This document shows positions 25,108-38,718 of a stretch of DNA of 64,000 nt, one piece after another. The stretch lies in assembly GCF_006345805.1 (NCBI RefSeq), contig NC_043014.1, forward strand, positions 14,942,001-15,006,000. Reading direction: 5' to 3'. Position 1 is the first letter of the stretch. The number at the start of each line of letters is the position of its first letter. The position numbers and the translations under genes were made by a program. The DNA is from Octopus sinensis (Eukaryota). The notes beneath the pieces were generated by a model, which was given only the letters and a program-made list of their open reading frames with translations, searched no databases and was not told where the DNA came from.

Positions 25108-25469
25108 GAAAATACACAGTTATAACTCTTGAGATTGCTAGTATAACAGTACTCAAAAAATAATACAGACCGAAGTTGTAGTGCTCCAATGATCTATATG
25201 TGATATGTCCTTTCTATGTGTTATTATCTCAAATTTTTAATTTACCAATATTTTATAACTTTAAGCGTAAATTCACTTTGTTGTGTATGTAATACTGATT
25301 TTATATATTTAAATAATTACATGATTTTTATCTATTTATATATATTATTATATTATATCCGTTCTGTAGATATAAATAAATATGAATATATGTATGTATT
25401 TGATCTTTGTGTGTGGATCTTGGTAATGTTCCTTAAGTTCCTGCTCACATTGCCTCCGCTCAAATATAC

Positions 25470-25517
<48 letters not shown>

Positions 25518-25789
25518 ATTACTGAGATGATGGTGAGAAAACTGCCATACAATTCCAGGTATGAAAAATAACATGGAAATCAATGGAATCAGAATAGATT
25601 ATGGCTCTAAAATGCTAAATGCACATCAACGGTGAGATTTGCAAACAGTAAAAGAGAGATTATCTCTTATATTTAGTCTCCTTAGATTTAATCCGTTTCT
25701 ACACGGACGACAGTTTGAATTAATCATCGATTACAAATTACAAAATACACATTTTGCTACAGGAATATCACACACACACATACACACAC

Positions 25790-25869
<80 letters not shown>

Positions 25870-25934
25870 ACCTATCTTTCTATCAACATGATAATATATT
25901 TTTTTTACTAAAAAACTAAAATAAATAACATTAT

Positions 25935-26186
25935 TTACATTCGACGGATATTTGTCATCTTGTTTGTTGTTAACACAACGTTTCGGCTGATATACCCTCC
26001 AGCCTTCATCAGGTGTCTTGGGGAAATTTCGAACCTGGGTTCTCATTCCTAAAGTATTTTTCGATGTTATTATTACTATTATTATTATTATTTGTTGTTG
26101 TTGTTCAGGTCACTGCTTGGAATCGAACTCGGAATCTTGGGGCTAGTAGTCCGCGCTCTTAACCACTACGCCATATGCCCGTGGGC
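25935..26186 (-). mobile_element. tRNA-headed SINE-like element carrying a hammerhead in its 3' half
   Basis: On the minus strand, a tRNA-like head (tggcgtagtggttaagagcgc...gagttcgattcc) is followed by a short (AAC)/(AAT) tract and then the hammerhead. Confidence 0.7.
25972..26017 (-). ncRNA. Minimal (Penelope-type) hammerhead ribozyme
   Basis: gacac-CTGATGA-a-ggctg gagggtatat cagcc-GAAAC-GT-T-gtgtt, with a 5-bp stem I, 5-bp stem II and minimal palindromic ACGT stem III. Confidence 0.75.
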
Positions 26187-26485
26187 GTAAATAAGGAACT
26201 GTAAAATAAATAATTTTTTTTTATTAATAAACACGTCAGTCTGCCTCGTGGTCCCGGCAGGCAGAATGGAGAAGGCGTTGTTCCGGGGAGGATGGTAAGG
26301 GAGACGCGTTGAAACAGCCACTCCGACTCTTGGAACTCATACCTACGCAGTGCCATCTCTGTCCTGATAGCAGTGAGTACGGATGTAGTTTAGAAGTGGT
26401 AGTGGTGGTGGTGGGTGGGGCAAGAACGCCGGAGTTCTCCACTGCTACAGACTCGACCACAAATCTGTTAGAGAGCGGTTGGTAT

Positions 26486-26897
26486 GGCGGGATGGCAGAA
26501 CCGTTAGCACGCCGGGCGAAATGTGTAGCCGTATTTCGTCTGCCGCTACGTTCTGAGTTCAAATTCCGCCGAGGTTGACTTTGCCTTTCATCCTTTCGGG
26601 GTCGATTAAATAAGTACCAGTTACGCACTGGGGTCGATGTAATTGACTTAATCCCTTTGTCTGTCCTGCTTGTCCCCTCTATGTTTAGCCCCGTGTGGGT
26701 AGTAAAGAAATAAGTATTTCGTGTGCCGATACGTTCTGAGTTCAAATTCCGCCGAGGTCGACTTTGCCTTTCATCCTTTCGGGGTCGATTAAATAAGTAC
26801 CAGTTACGCACTGGGGTCGATGTAATTGACTTAATCCCTTTGTCTGTCCTTGTTTGTCCCCTCTATGTTTAACCCCCTGTGGGCAATAAAGAAATAG
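26486..26897 (+). mobile_element. Family A SINE dimer (183-bp body duplicated)
   Basis: The body restarts at gtatttcg at 26531 and 26714. Confidence 0.85.
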
Positions 26898-27460
26898 ATA
26901 TATTGACAGTTTGCCCCCCTTCGGCCTGATGAGCAGTGATAAAAATATGCTCTCAGATAAAAATATGCCAGTACTTACGTTTCAACGTCTGCCACATTAG
27001 AAGAGTTACTGACATCGTTCGAAATAATACAATATACTGTGTTATTTAATACTGATTCTTTATCAAGACTACAGATCGAAGCTGATTACGGTGTTGACGA
27101 AAGCAATAAATATCATTCTATCTAGACTCGAAATCAAATTATAATGAAAATCACGATGTAATGTCGGTTACCACTCTGGAATCGAATTAGTTGTATATTG
27201 AAATTATTTAATTTCAACAATTCGTCGACAATGTTTGACCGGAAAAATAAAATGCTGAAGACGAATATCTTAGAGAATATTGGATAGAACTTAATGCAAT
27301 TAATTATCAAGAATATTTATTAATTTTGCAAACTAATTTTCCAAGAACAATTATTCTGAAATATTACTAAATAAAATTTTAATTCAACAACATGAAGGTC
27401 GTTGAAGCATGACCCGACAGAAGCAAATGGATTCTGGATTGTACCACTCCCTGAAAATGT

Positions 27461-27854
27461 GGATGAATGGAAGCACTCCGTCGGTTACGACGATGAGGGT
27501 TCCGGTTGATCCGAATCAACGGAACAGCCTGCTCGTGAAATTAACGTGTAAGTGGCTGAGCACTCCACAGACACGTGCACCCTTAACGTAGTTCTCGGGG
27601 ATATTCAGCGTGTCACAGAGAGTGACAAGGCCGGCCCTCTGGAATACAGGTACAACAGAAACAAGAAGTAAGAGTGAGAGAAAGTTGTGGTGAAAGAGTA
27701 CAGCAGGGATCACCACCATCCCCTGCCGGAGCCTCGTGGAGCTTTTAGGTGTTTTCGCTCAATAAACACTCACAAACGCCCGGTCTGGGAATCGAAACCG
27801 CGATCTTATGACCGCGAGTCCGCTGCCCTAACCACTGGGCCATTGCGCCTCCAC
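27461..27854 (-). mobile_element. tRNA-derived SINE, family C, full length with 12-bp TSD
   Basis: Head ggaggcgcaatggcccagtggttagggc (reverse complement). TSD ccctgaaaatgt at 27449-27460 and 27855-27866. Confidence 0.9.
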
Positions 27855-27949
27855 CCCTGAAAATGTAATCTGATAGAGAAACAACAGCAAAATCATGGCC
27901 AGCTATTTAACCTGCTGTTAAAGCGCTTCCATAGCATTTATGGTTTATC

Positions 27950-28140
27950 TTTTATTTGTTTTAGTCACTGGACTGTAGCTTTGCTGGTGCAAAATCTTGA
28001 AGGTTGAAGGGTTCATTCGAACACATCGACCCCCAAGAACTTATTCTATCAGCTTGTTTTTTCCGAACTGCTAAGTTATGGGGACATAAACATGCTAACA
28101 CCAGTTGCCAAGCTGTGGCGGAAGAGAAATACAAAGACAC
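27950..28140 (-). mobile_element. Family B SINE 3' part
   Basis: Reverse complement of the family B tail (gaccccaagaacttattctatc...ttccgaactgctaagttatgggga). Confidence 0.65.
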
Positions 28141-28250
28141 ACACATATATTATATATATATAAATACAATAAAATATAATACAACATACATACATACACA
28201 CACACACACACCACACACACACACACACACACATATATAATATATTATAT

Positions 28251-28286
<36 letters not shown>

Positions 28287-29313
28287 CATACATACTTGGA
28301 AAAGGATGCGTGGCGTTCGATATATATAATATATATAAATAATATATAAATATATGTATATATATATATGCATATATACATACATACCTACATATATATG
28401 TATATACACATGCATATATGGGTACAGGACATCAAAAAACGTTAAACACAATAAGAAACGAAAACATAAAAACGAAAACATAGAAAACGAACGGTGAGGG
28501 CTGCTGAGTCAAGACGATAGAAAAATTATTATGAACGCTAGGGAGACCAGCTATGAGAGAAGACAGGTATAAGCACGTCTTGTCTTTAGGAAAGAAAGGG
28601 ACAGAAAGATAGATCCCCTTTCGTCACGCGTCAGCGACGAGAAAATCAAGGAGTAAGAGTGAGAGAGAGAAAGAGAGAGAGAGAGGGAACGGTGAAGAGA
28701 AGAGGAGAAGAATAGGAAAAGGGTGGGAGAGAAAAACAAAAAGGATGAAGAACAAGAGAGGGAGAGAGATAGACAGAGAAGAGATAGTAGTGATAGAAGA
28801 GTGCGCAATAATATATAAATATATGCATATATACATACATATATGTACATACCTACATATATATATATATATATATATATCTATATATATATATATATAT
28901 ATATATACCAATGATAAATCTCAGAGCGAGTTATAAACAGTAGCGGTAACACATCGTGACGCATATTTGCCATTTGAATATGGCTAACCCATAAGGGTGG
29001 ATGCTACTGTAGTTTGTAGCCCCAGGAAGATATCTCCTCCAGCTGGCTATAGACACACTATCTGTGAAGGGGAGTCATCCTCCCCGTCTTCAACTCATGA
29101 TACACACGTACCCGAGTTTCAAGGTGTTTACCTTTCATCAGCGTGTGACAATCATGGTTGTCGACAAGAAGTCAACTCCCTTCACAATACATATACTTTT
29201 TCCAGTGTCGATTGACACTGATATTGAAAAAGTGAAATCAAACAATGATAAATCTCAGACCGAGTTATAAACAGTAGCGGTAACACATCGTGACGCCTAT
29301 TTGCCATATATAT

Positions 29314-29362
<49 letters not shown>

Positions 29363-29387
29363 ATATATCTATATATATATATATATA

Positions 29388-29434
<47 letters not shown>

Positions 29435-30119
29435 ATCTGGGTACTGGACAACAAAAAAACGTTAAGCACAATGAGAAACGAAAGCATAAAAAAAACATAG
29501 AAAACGAACTTTTTTCGAACAACGAAAAAAACAAACAGAGAAACAAGACATGCAGCATAAAGAATATTCCCCTTTATCAGTTGTCCCTGTTTCATTTAAT
29601 CCGCGTTTCGAAGGTAATGATCGAACGCCACTCATCCTTTTCCAAGTAAGTTTTATCTGAGAACTGAGGCCGGAGATTGCTAACAGGAAAGAGATAGTGT
29701 TCAAATAAAACAATACCCGACCACATGTGTCTTCGGCTACCCAAACAAAATTGCTTAAAATCGGCTGAGATCTCTTACCCCATCCACCATATTATCTTGA
29801 TATTGCACCATCCAACTACCACTTGTTTTTGTTTCTACAGAACTCATTGCAAGGGAAAATATTTAACGATTTATATGGAGTCAAAATGCACCTAAATAAC
29901 TTTTTTTCTTTAAAACCAATTCAAATTTTAAGCGGATAGAATATTGAAATTGCCTGATAGATGAGCAAAGGTCATTAATAATAATGGACATTATTCCATT
30001 GAATAGAATTTATTGAAAGGTCAATTATTTATAACCCTTTTTGCATATTAAAAAAACGTTCAGAACTTTCCGGACAACACACATATATGTACATATATAA
30101 TTGACGGATTTCCACATTC

Positions 30120-31345
30120 ACGACGGGTTTCCGCATTTATGGCGGATTTTTGTCTACCAAATTCACTCACAAGGTGTTGGTCAGCTTGGGGCCACAGTAG
30201 ACATTTACCCCAGGTGCCACACTGTAGGACTAAATTCGAAACCACGTAGTCACAAAGCGAACTTCATAATCACGCAGCCACGCCTGCGCCTGTACGCTCA
30301 AGCAAGGGATTCGAACAGCATAACATAAAAATCATTCCTTTGTTGCAAGATATTCAGTTGTTTTAATCTCTTGGTTCCACACGACATCCAGTATTGTAGT
30401 AAAAATTACTTTCAGAAGTATTGTCCATGTACATCAGTAGATGTGATGTACAGTGATAACTACAAAGGATTATGTAATTATTATTGTCGCCGAACGATGA
30501 TCAAACAGAGAAGAATCAGACAAACAGATTCAATAAATTTCGTATTAGTCAATCAGTATTTGTCAAGGTTTATCGAAACAAAAGTAAGTAGATTTGTTGC
30601 AGAATGCGAAGAAACATAGTCTAGCGATGTACATGATTCAGACAAGAGCCAGTAGGATCGGCACCAAATTCCGAGCAGGTTATGGGATTTCCTGCGCTAT
30701 TGCCGACCAGTCATACACTGAACAAATTCAATTACTGGTTCTTATGCGGAATCGATTCACATCCATCGTTATCGCCACTTGCTCATAGGAACCCACTGTC
30801 GCTGTTGCGATTTGCACAATTAGCACTATAGCCAGGCAGTAACGAGGACTGGTGCGATACTAACCATCATCATTTAAACGACGAACACACTATTGATATT
30901 TTCCCATACGTGTTGGGTTGTCAGATAAATTAGGGGTTTTTAACAGAAAAATATTTTTATCGGGATGCATGTGTGGCTGTGTCGTAAGAAGCTTGCTTCG
31001 CAACCACACGGTTCTGGGTTCAGTCCTACCGTGTGGAATTTTCGGTAAGTGTCTTCTTCTAGAGCCACGGGCCGACCAAAGCTTTGTGGGTGGATTTGGT
31101 ACATGGAAACTGAAGGAAAACCATATATATATATATATATATATGGCGGTGGAGAGTCTGCGTTTGTCCCTCACCACTGCTTGACAATCGGTGCTAGTTT
31201 GTTTACATCGCCGTAACTTAGCGGTTCAGCAAGAGAACCAATAAAATAAGTACCAAGCTTTAAAAGAATGTTGGAGCTGATTTATTCGATAAAATGTTCT
31301 TCAAGGCGATGCCCCAGCATGGACGCAGCCTACTCACTGAAACAT
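30120..31345. mobile_element. Two family B SINEs (minus 30120-30290; plus 30965-31345)
   Basis: Family B head and body motifs on the stated strands. Confidence 0.65.
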
Positions 31346-31737
31346 CGAAGAGAGTGCTTTGTATTTGATTGTGTTGATGGTGGTGGGATCGTAGCTCTGT
31401 TCTTCCTCAACAATGATTGTTTATCGCTTTTGAAATTTGAATAAATTTTTACCTCTTTCCAGGCATATGACGATGGTCACAACCTGGGACCTTGAAGACT
31501 GCTTAAATGCAAGAAATGATACTAGTCCCTTAATATTTGATATTCAATATTTCATCTATTCAATAAGACAATCAATACTTCATCTCATTTTACACTATAT
31601 ATACTATTTATACTATATATTCTATATTCTACATTAATATTATAAAGAATATAAATAAAACATAAAAAACAGAGTTGGAATTCCTTTGAATAATATATAT
31701 CCCTCTATACACAACCATACAAACCCCTTTATATATA

Positions 31738-32551
31738 TCTCTATATATAAACGGCAGTTTGTCTGTCTGTGTGTCTGTGTGTCTGTGTGTCTGTCAGGTT
31801 GTACCCTCACACTGACCACGGCTTTCAACCGATTCTGATGAAACTTGACACACACATAGCCCAATGTCATAATTCAAAACTAACGCAGCGAAAATTTTGA
31901 AAGGTTCCCCCAGTTCTGAAAAAAAATTGATAAATTCGACATGGGTCGGGAATCTAAGCTTTTTATATGCAACACATTTTCTACAGACTGTCTAGGGGAC
32001 GCAACTCGACCTTTTTAACTCTCGGAACACGTGGGGTAAGTATCCCAAAATGTATAAAAATGTACAAAAACGGCAAAAAAGCGGGCAGCAATGTGAGTGA
32101 CAACAACGAAAAAGTCAAAAGTGACCAAACTGAAGAAAGGAATGGAAAAGGTTTTTTTGGTGCACGCGACAAAAGCGGTTTATAATAAACCAAGAGTTTG
32201 CAAGTAGCGTCCGAGGACCCTTAGGGTACGTCAAAAATTTAAGGTAAAACGTTTGGGGTGGTAGTTATAAAGAAAGTGTAAACAAAAAAAGTATTCGAAT
32301 AACTTGCGGCTGCAGCAGCTATTAGCAGAAGTGGCGGTGTTGGGGGTAAAGTCTCGAATGTAATTTCTTCCTGGTAGGAATTGGTTGGGTTGAATTATCG
32401 ATAGCTGTTTGATAGTTATTTGGGAGTGAAGAAAAGACATTGCAACCTACACATGCGCCTTCGTTCCCTAGAGGGAAAGGACTAGATTGGGATTAGTCGT
32501 TGCCTACTAGGGGCTCTTACATACCCGGGCAACGCCGGGCTATGCTGCTAG
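31738..32551 (+). mobile_element. Non-autonomous Helitron
   Basis: 5' TC after A (a|tctctatatataaacgg), subterminal hairpin cccgggcaacgccggg (32524-32539), and CTAG|T 3' end at 32548-32552. Confidence 0.85.
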
Positions 32552-32609
32552 TGTATATATAAACGAAAGAATTTTGACTCACAATCCCGTATTAAAACAT
32601 TGTGCAATT

Positions 32610-33442
32610 TATTAGTTTCAAACTTTGGTACAAAGCCAGCAATTTCGGAGAGAGTCTAAGTCGATTACACAGACCCCAGTGCTCAGCTGGTGCTTATTTT
32701 ATCGATACCCGAAAGGATGAAATGTTAAGTCGAACTCAGCAGGATTTGAACTCAGAAAGTAAAGACGGACGAAATGGCGTTACGCATTTTGTCCGGCGTC
32801 CTTACGATTCAGCGAGCTCACCGCCTTATACATTGTACTATTTATTGATTTCAAATTTTGGCACAAGGCCAGCAACATTGCACTATCCATAAATATATAT
32901 TTCATTTTACAATATTCCACGTATTATGTCTTCTTTTCGTGGTATGTCAGGCATTATAATTTATAATTGCTTTCTTTTAGTAAAAGTTACATACTCCCAA
33001 ATTAATAATCAGGTTTGTAGCTCCTAGCTACAGTTAATGTATTTGATAACTGAGACAGTGTTTTAATTTTGTAAATATTTATTCAATATCATCGGTGCAA
33101 ACCGTTGAGGGGAGTCCTGTTTTTGTCATTGTTCTTGGTGTCATTGGGAGTGGATTGTGGATTGGTTGAATCAATAGAACGTTGGACAAAATGCTTTGCA
33201 CTCTTTGTTCCGGTTCTTTACATTCTGTGTTCAAATCCCATGGAGGTTAACTCTGCCATTCATTCTTTCGGAATGGATTAAATGAAGTAACAGTCAAGCC
33301 ATGGAGTCGATGTAATTGACTCCCCTCAGAATTACAGATTAAAATTCGAAAGAATTATCATCCTGATTATTATTATTTTTTTTTTATTGTTGTTGTTGTT
33401 GTTGTTGTTATTATTGTTATTATTGTTATTGTTGTTGTTGTT

Positions 33443-33474
<32 letters not shown>

Positions 33475-34150
33475 TGCGGCGGTGGTGGTGGTGGTGGTGG
33501 TGGTACAAGATAGTGAGCTGGCAGAATCGTTAGCACGGTGGACAAAATGCTTAGCAGTATTTCGTTCGACTTTACGTTCTGAGTTCAAATTCTGTTACGA
33601 TTGACTTTACCTTTCATCCTTTTGGGTTTGATAAATTAAGTACCAGTGAAACACTGGGGGCTATGTAATCGACTAGTCTTCTCCCCCAAATTTTCATGCC
33701 TTGTGCCTTTAGTAGAAAAGATTATTGCTGTTGTAGTGGTGGTGGTTGTTGTTGCTGTTCTGAGTTCAAATTCCCCCGTGGTCAACTTTGTCTTCCATCC
33801 TTTCGGAGTCAAAAGGATGGAAGGCAAGTACCAGTTGAGGAACTGGGGTTGATGCTATCGACCGGCTCCCTACCCCTATATGACCGGCCTTGTGCCTATA
33901 GTAGAAAGGATTATTATTATTATTATTGCTAAGGTGGTGAGCTGGCAGAATCATTAGCGCATTGAACAGAATGCCTAGCTAGATTTCAACTGACGTTTTA
34001 TGCGACAAGTTCAAATCTCGCCGAGATTAACTTTGCCTTCGATCTTTTCGGGGTCGGTAAAGTAAAGTGCCTGTAGGTAGTGGGGTCAGTCTAATTGACT
34101 AACCCCCTTCTCCACAAAATTTGGTGGCCCCGTGCCAAAATTTGAAACAA
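32610..34150. mobile_element. Cluster of ~5 family A SINE copies interleaved with trinucleotide microsatellites
   Basis: Family A bodies at ~32610-32830 (-), 33170-33330, 33510-33720, 33755-33910 and 33930-34150 (+). Confidence 0.7.
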
Positions 34151-34209
34151 TCATTATTTTCTAATTTAAGCAAGAAACCAGCGATTTTGAGGTGAGTATC
34201 TTGTCGATT

Positions 34210-34503
34210 GTGGAGGCACATGGCCTAGTGGTTAGAGAAGCGGTCGAGGGATCGCGGGTTAGAATCTCAGACCGGGCGATGTGTGTGTTTATGAGCGAAA
34301 CACCTAAGCTCCACGCGGCTCCGGCAGAAGGTAATAGCGAACTTCTGCTGACTCTTTCGCTACAACTTTCTCTCACTCTTTCTTCCTGCATCTTGCAGCT
34401 CACCTGTGACGGATCGGCGTCCCGTCCAGGTGGGGAACCTATACGCCAAGGAAATCGGGAAACCGGCCCTTGTGAGCCAGACGTGGCTCGAGAAGGAACA
34501 AAC
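34210..34503 (+). mobile_element. tRNA-derived SINE (C-type head, D-type tail) with 12-bp TSD
   Basis: ggaggcacatggcctagtggttagag head. TSD atcttgtcgatt at 34198-34209 and 34504-34515. Confidence 0.85.
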
Positions 34504-35664
34504 ATCTTGTCGATTACATCAAGCCAAGTACTCAACTGGTACTGTTTGTCGATCCCTGCGGGAGACAAGGCTAAGTTGACCTTGACAGAAGGCTGAAGTG
34601 AATATCGCAAGGTAATTTATTTGACACTCAAATGACTCACACCTGTGATACGAAATGCAGACCATATGATTGGTGGTTCGATATCACTCCTTTTCCTTTT
34701 TGCCTACTCGATCAGCTGCGACTCCGACCTGTCTATTATATTTATTCATCATCTATGTGATTGCCAACAGTGGCAATACATGTCACATGCTGTCAGTTGT
34801 CAAGTACTACGAAGAACAGCAGAAGAAAATTAATAACAAAGAGAAATAAATAAAGTAAAGATGTAACATCAGAATTTAATATAACGTTTATATCATCAGA
34901 AGAGATTTTTATCTTCTTTCAATCTCGAAAGAGAATTAATTGATGAACAGGTTTCGACACGCATTTTGCTATTGTTAGACCAACAAATCTATTAGTTGGG
35001 TTCCAATTGTTTAAAAGCAATTACCGCAGTGACAGGGATAATTTTGTAAAGGATGGCAACTTTCATTTTTCTGAATAACGATATGAAGTATCTTTTGTCA
35101 ACGATTACAAAACCATTGTATAAAAGGACTACTGTTTTCTTTGAGGAAATAAACAAACGATTGAATGAATTCCAAATAACAGAATTTTAACATATCCTCC
35201 ATATTCTGCAGAGTCAGTTGGTTTAATGAAATATCATTTGCAATCATTTTTTTTTATTAAACTAACAGAAAATAATAGATGACTTCTTGGGGAATATTTT
35301 AATATTCCTCAGCAGCGTTTCTTTAATGATTTCTCTGGGGAAGGCGAGAAGTGCTTACAAGTAATTTCCTATCAACGACTGCCAGTCACCAGATTAGCAA
35401 ATAAACTATTATACTCGCGAGACAGGTGTAATAATTGATCAGTGGAATAACTATCACTATCTAGTGGAGAAGGAAATGAGTAAAGAATTAGGAGACTGTC
35501 TCTTCTGTGAAAGAATCTTTTGTCTAAAACACTTGAAATTTTTACATTTTTGCCCTCCGATTCTATGTTCTTTCAGTTTAATTTTTACAGGTACTTTTGT
35601 CCGTGAACTAGTGATAGCTATTCTGAAAGTTTGTCAATCAAATATTACGAGTGTAATAGTTTAT

Positions 35665-36212
35665 GACCGGGCTGCGTGTTGTGTTCTTGAGCAAGACACT
35701 TTATTTTCACGTTGCTCCAGTTCACTCAGCTGTAGAAATGAGTTGCGACGTCACGGGTGCCAAGCTGTCTCAGCCTTTGCCTTTCCTTAGATAACACAGG
35801 TGGCGTGGAAAGAGGAGGCCGGTATGCATGGGCGACTGCTGGTCTTCCATAAACCACCTTGCCCAGACTTGTGACTAGGAGGGTAACTTTCTAGGTGCAA
35901 TCCCATGGTCAGTGTCGTGACCGAAGGGGGTCCCGGATCCCGGAATAGTTTATTTTTAAAAAAAGGGGATCAAAGTTATTCTCGAGCTATAGGCTCAGTA
36001 GGCGGTTCCTCGAATTCTGTAGTGTACATGTTCCCCCTGGATAAGACGCTGGTCCGTCACAAGGTTACTCATCTCTGCCGGCTGAGTGAACTGGAACAAC
36101 GAGGAATGAAGTATTTTGCTCAAAAACACAAAGCATCTTCCGGTCTAGGAATCGAAACCATAACACTTACTTTCATTAGTGCAACACCCCAACAACTAAG
36201 CCACGCGCCTCC
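35665..36212. mobile_element. Family E SINE (plus, 5'-truncated, 35665-35930) and related SINE (minus, ~36000-36212)
   Basis: Homology to 19845-20175, including the core gctccagttcactcagctgtagaaatgag. Confidence 0.7.
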
Positions 36213-36586
36213 AGTAATCCATAATTTAAAAACACTGGCTGTCGATAACAGGAGGCTGGTTGGTGGGAGTTAGTTATCTTCAGACCGTAGGTCCGACCCT
36301 AATGTTTACAGCTGAAGGGACTACAAAGACACCGAACATAAGTACATACATGTGCACGGACGCGCACATTCGCTCGCATACGCACAAATGTTTACACGGC
36401 CATGGCCGAACGTGCATCTACAGCACGTGAACTTATGTATATATTATATATATATATATATATAATATATATATATATATTATATATATATTATGCGTGT
36501 GTGGGTGTAAAAAAATCGAAGACAGGTGGTTTAGACAACAAACAGATGTATTAGTGTATTAGTATAACGCTCGGGAATGAAAAAGT

Positions 36587-36622
36587 CTTTAACGTTTCGA
36601 GCCTACGCTCGTCCACAGAAAG
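36587..36622 (-). ncRNA. Minimal hammerhead-like motif with variant core (CUGUGGA)
   Basis: cttt-CTGTGGA-c-gagc gtag gctc-GAAAC-GT-T-aaag. All stems pair but the conserved A6 is replaced. Confidence 0.45.
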
Positions 36623-37415
36623 GAACACAGAAAGAAACAAGGAGAGAAAATAAAGAATGTGTAGTGGCTAGCGATATATATATATATATATATATTATAT
36701 TATATATATATATATATATTATATATATATAATATATATATATATTTACAAGGCGCAGGTTCCCAACCACATGGTTCGTTCGGCACTGTCATGCCTTTGG
36801 GTGTCAGAAGTGAAAGTAGAGAAATCTGACGTCAGACGTCAACTTCGTGTATTTACGTCGTCTTTCTTTATTTACGTTACGCCGTTTATTTACGTACCAC
36901 TGAAATGCAAGTAAAAGCTTGTATGTATGTATGTATGTATGTATGTATATATATATACATACATACACACATATATATAATATACATGTATATATACTAT
37001 ATATATATATTTAATACATACATATATATAATATATACATGTATTTTTACCGCCTTTAGTCGCACAAATCGACCCCAGAACTTATTCTATCGGTCTTTTT
37101 TCTTAACCACTATACATTATATACATACATACAGATAGATAGATAGATACACACACACACATATAATAGATATAAAATGTGTACGTGTGTACATTTTTCA
37201 GAAAAAAATTCATACATTTTAAATATCAATAGCATTTCTCTTATTTTTTACATGAAGTTTTCGAAAAATGAATTTAGAATGTAAAAATCAATATATCAAA
37301 TTAATAAACGCAAATTATTTTCAAATATCATTTTCAACGGTGAGATTATCAAAATATAAACTTGAAGTTAAGTTTAAAAATAAATGCGATACTCATTCTG
37401 TCTTGATACTTATGC

Positions 37416-38319
37416 TCAAATACATGGATATAGCTGTCGAATTTGTTCTATCAACTTCCCGAATATATCATCCTTAAATCATAGCGCCACATGAATTCGA
37501 TGAGATGGGTCTGAAGTAAATTTCTGGCTGTTCCACATTCTCTCCTATTTCGAGTCTTTACATGTTTCCATAAACATTCTATGTGGTTGGTTGTGGCAAA
37601 TGTTACCGGATCAACAAAATTTATAGAATGATTCACGGTCAAATGTCTGTATCCTAGCTGACTGAGTGTATTATACGAACGCCAAAGGTCGGATATTATT
37701 GTTGTACCAGGCAATATACGCTCGAGTATAATCTGTAATAGAGTGTCCGCTGTTCGATTTTCAACTGCCACTAAAATACATCTTCTACTATCTCTTTCTA
37801 ATGCACCAAACATCCATTGCGTTTTAACCCGATGGCCAACATGATATTTTCTCTTAACAAACGCAGTTTCATCTATTTCAACGATTCTATTGGGTCCTCC
37901 CAGTTTAATATTCTGTGCAACATAATATTCTGCACATACATCGCGGCAAAAATTCCTCCAATCGGTTACCGCTACATTTGCTAAATGACATTCCTGTCCT
38001 ATTCCTTTTGCTAAATCTTCTTTGGCCCAGTAAAACAAAATATCTATGATCTGTTGACACTTCAATTTGCTATTTTCTAAAAATGTTCCTTTTCTAATTG
38101 ACACGGATTTCTACAAGGTCTTCCACACGACCATATTATTTCATCAGATATATTTTTTTTCGTTACTTCTCTCATGGGAGCTCCACACGATGTACATATT
38201 TTCTGGGTATTCAAAAGGCCATGTCTCTTAAGCCAATTAATGCTATCTGCTGTTGTAGCAGTGGAGACGGCAATATCGCGGTGACTAATTCCTCTTAAAC
38301 TTGGATATGCAAAAGCCAT
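37416..38319 (-). CDS. Merlin/IS1595-family DDE transposase, left copy (2 apparent single-base frameshifts; consensus ~300 aa)
   Basis: N-terminal CxxC (CTSCG), VEIDET, QWMFG, PGTTIISDLWRSY, HLTVNHS..FVDP and TNHIECLW motifs. Confidence 0.8.
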
Positions 38320-38718
38320 ATTAAAAATTGTTTAGCACGTGTTGATATCACACTGAAAGTTTCTAACTGAATAAATTTCAAAGTTTGAATTACGCACGTG
38401 GTGGTCAGTGGTCATTCTGATTGGTGTATGTAATCGCGGTGATGGTCATGGGGGTTCATTTGTGCGATTTTGGTGTGATTTTTTTTTTAAAAACAATAAT
38501 GAATAATGCAAGAATATATTTATCCTTGCATTATTCATTATTGTTTTTAAAAAAGAAATCACACCAAAATCTGCACAAATGAACCCCCATGACCATCACC
38601 GCGATTACATACACCAATCAGAATGACCACTGACCACCACGTGCGTAATTCAAACTTTGAAATTTATTCAGTTAGAAACTTTCAGTGTGATATCAACACG
38701 TGCTAAACAATTTTTAAT

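Noticed and set aside
26236-26811. 191-aa ORF and similar RPRKDERQSRPRRNLNSER ORFs
   Set aside because: Antisense translations of family A SINE.
26922-26990. CTGATGA-gca..tgc with downstream AGTACT palindrome
   Set aside because: GAAA is lost and an internal duplication is present; not a foldable hammerhead.
28975-29080. Possible HDV-like ribozyme
   Set aside because: A P1-like pairing exists, but the L3 loop lacks the pyrimidine/CC motif needed for P1.1.
30600-30850. Faint Gypsy integrase-like words on the minus strand (also at ~20880-21000)
   Set aside because: Only scattered residues with stops; cannot be supported without an HMM search.
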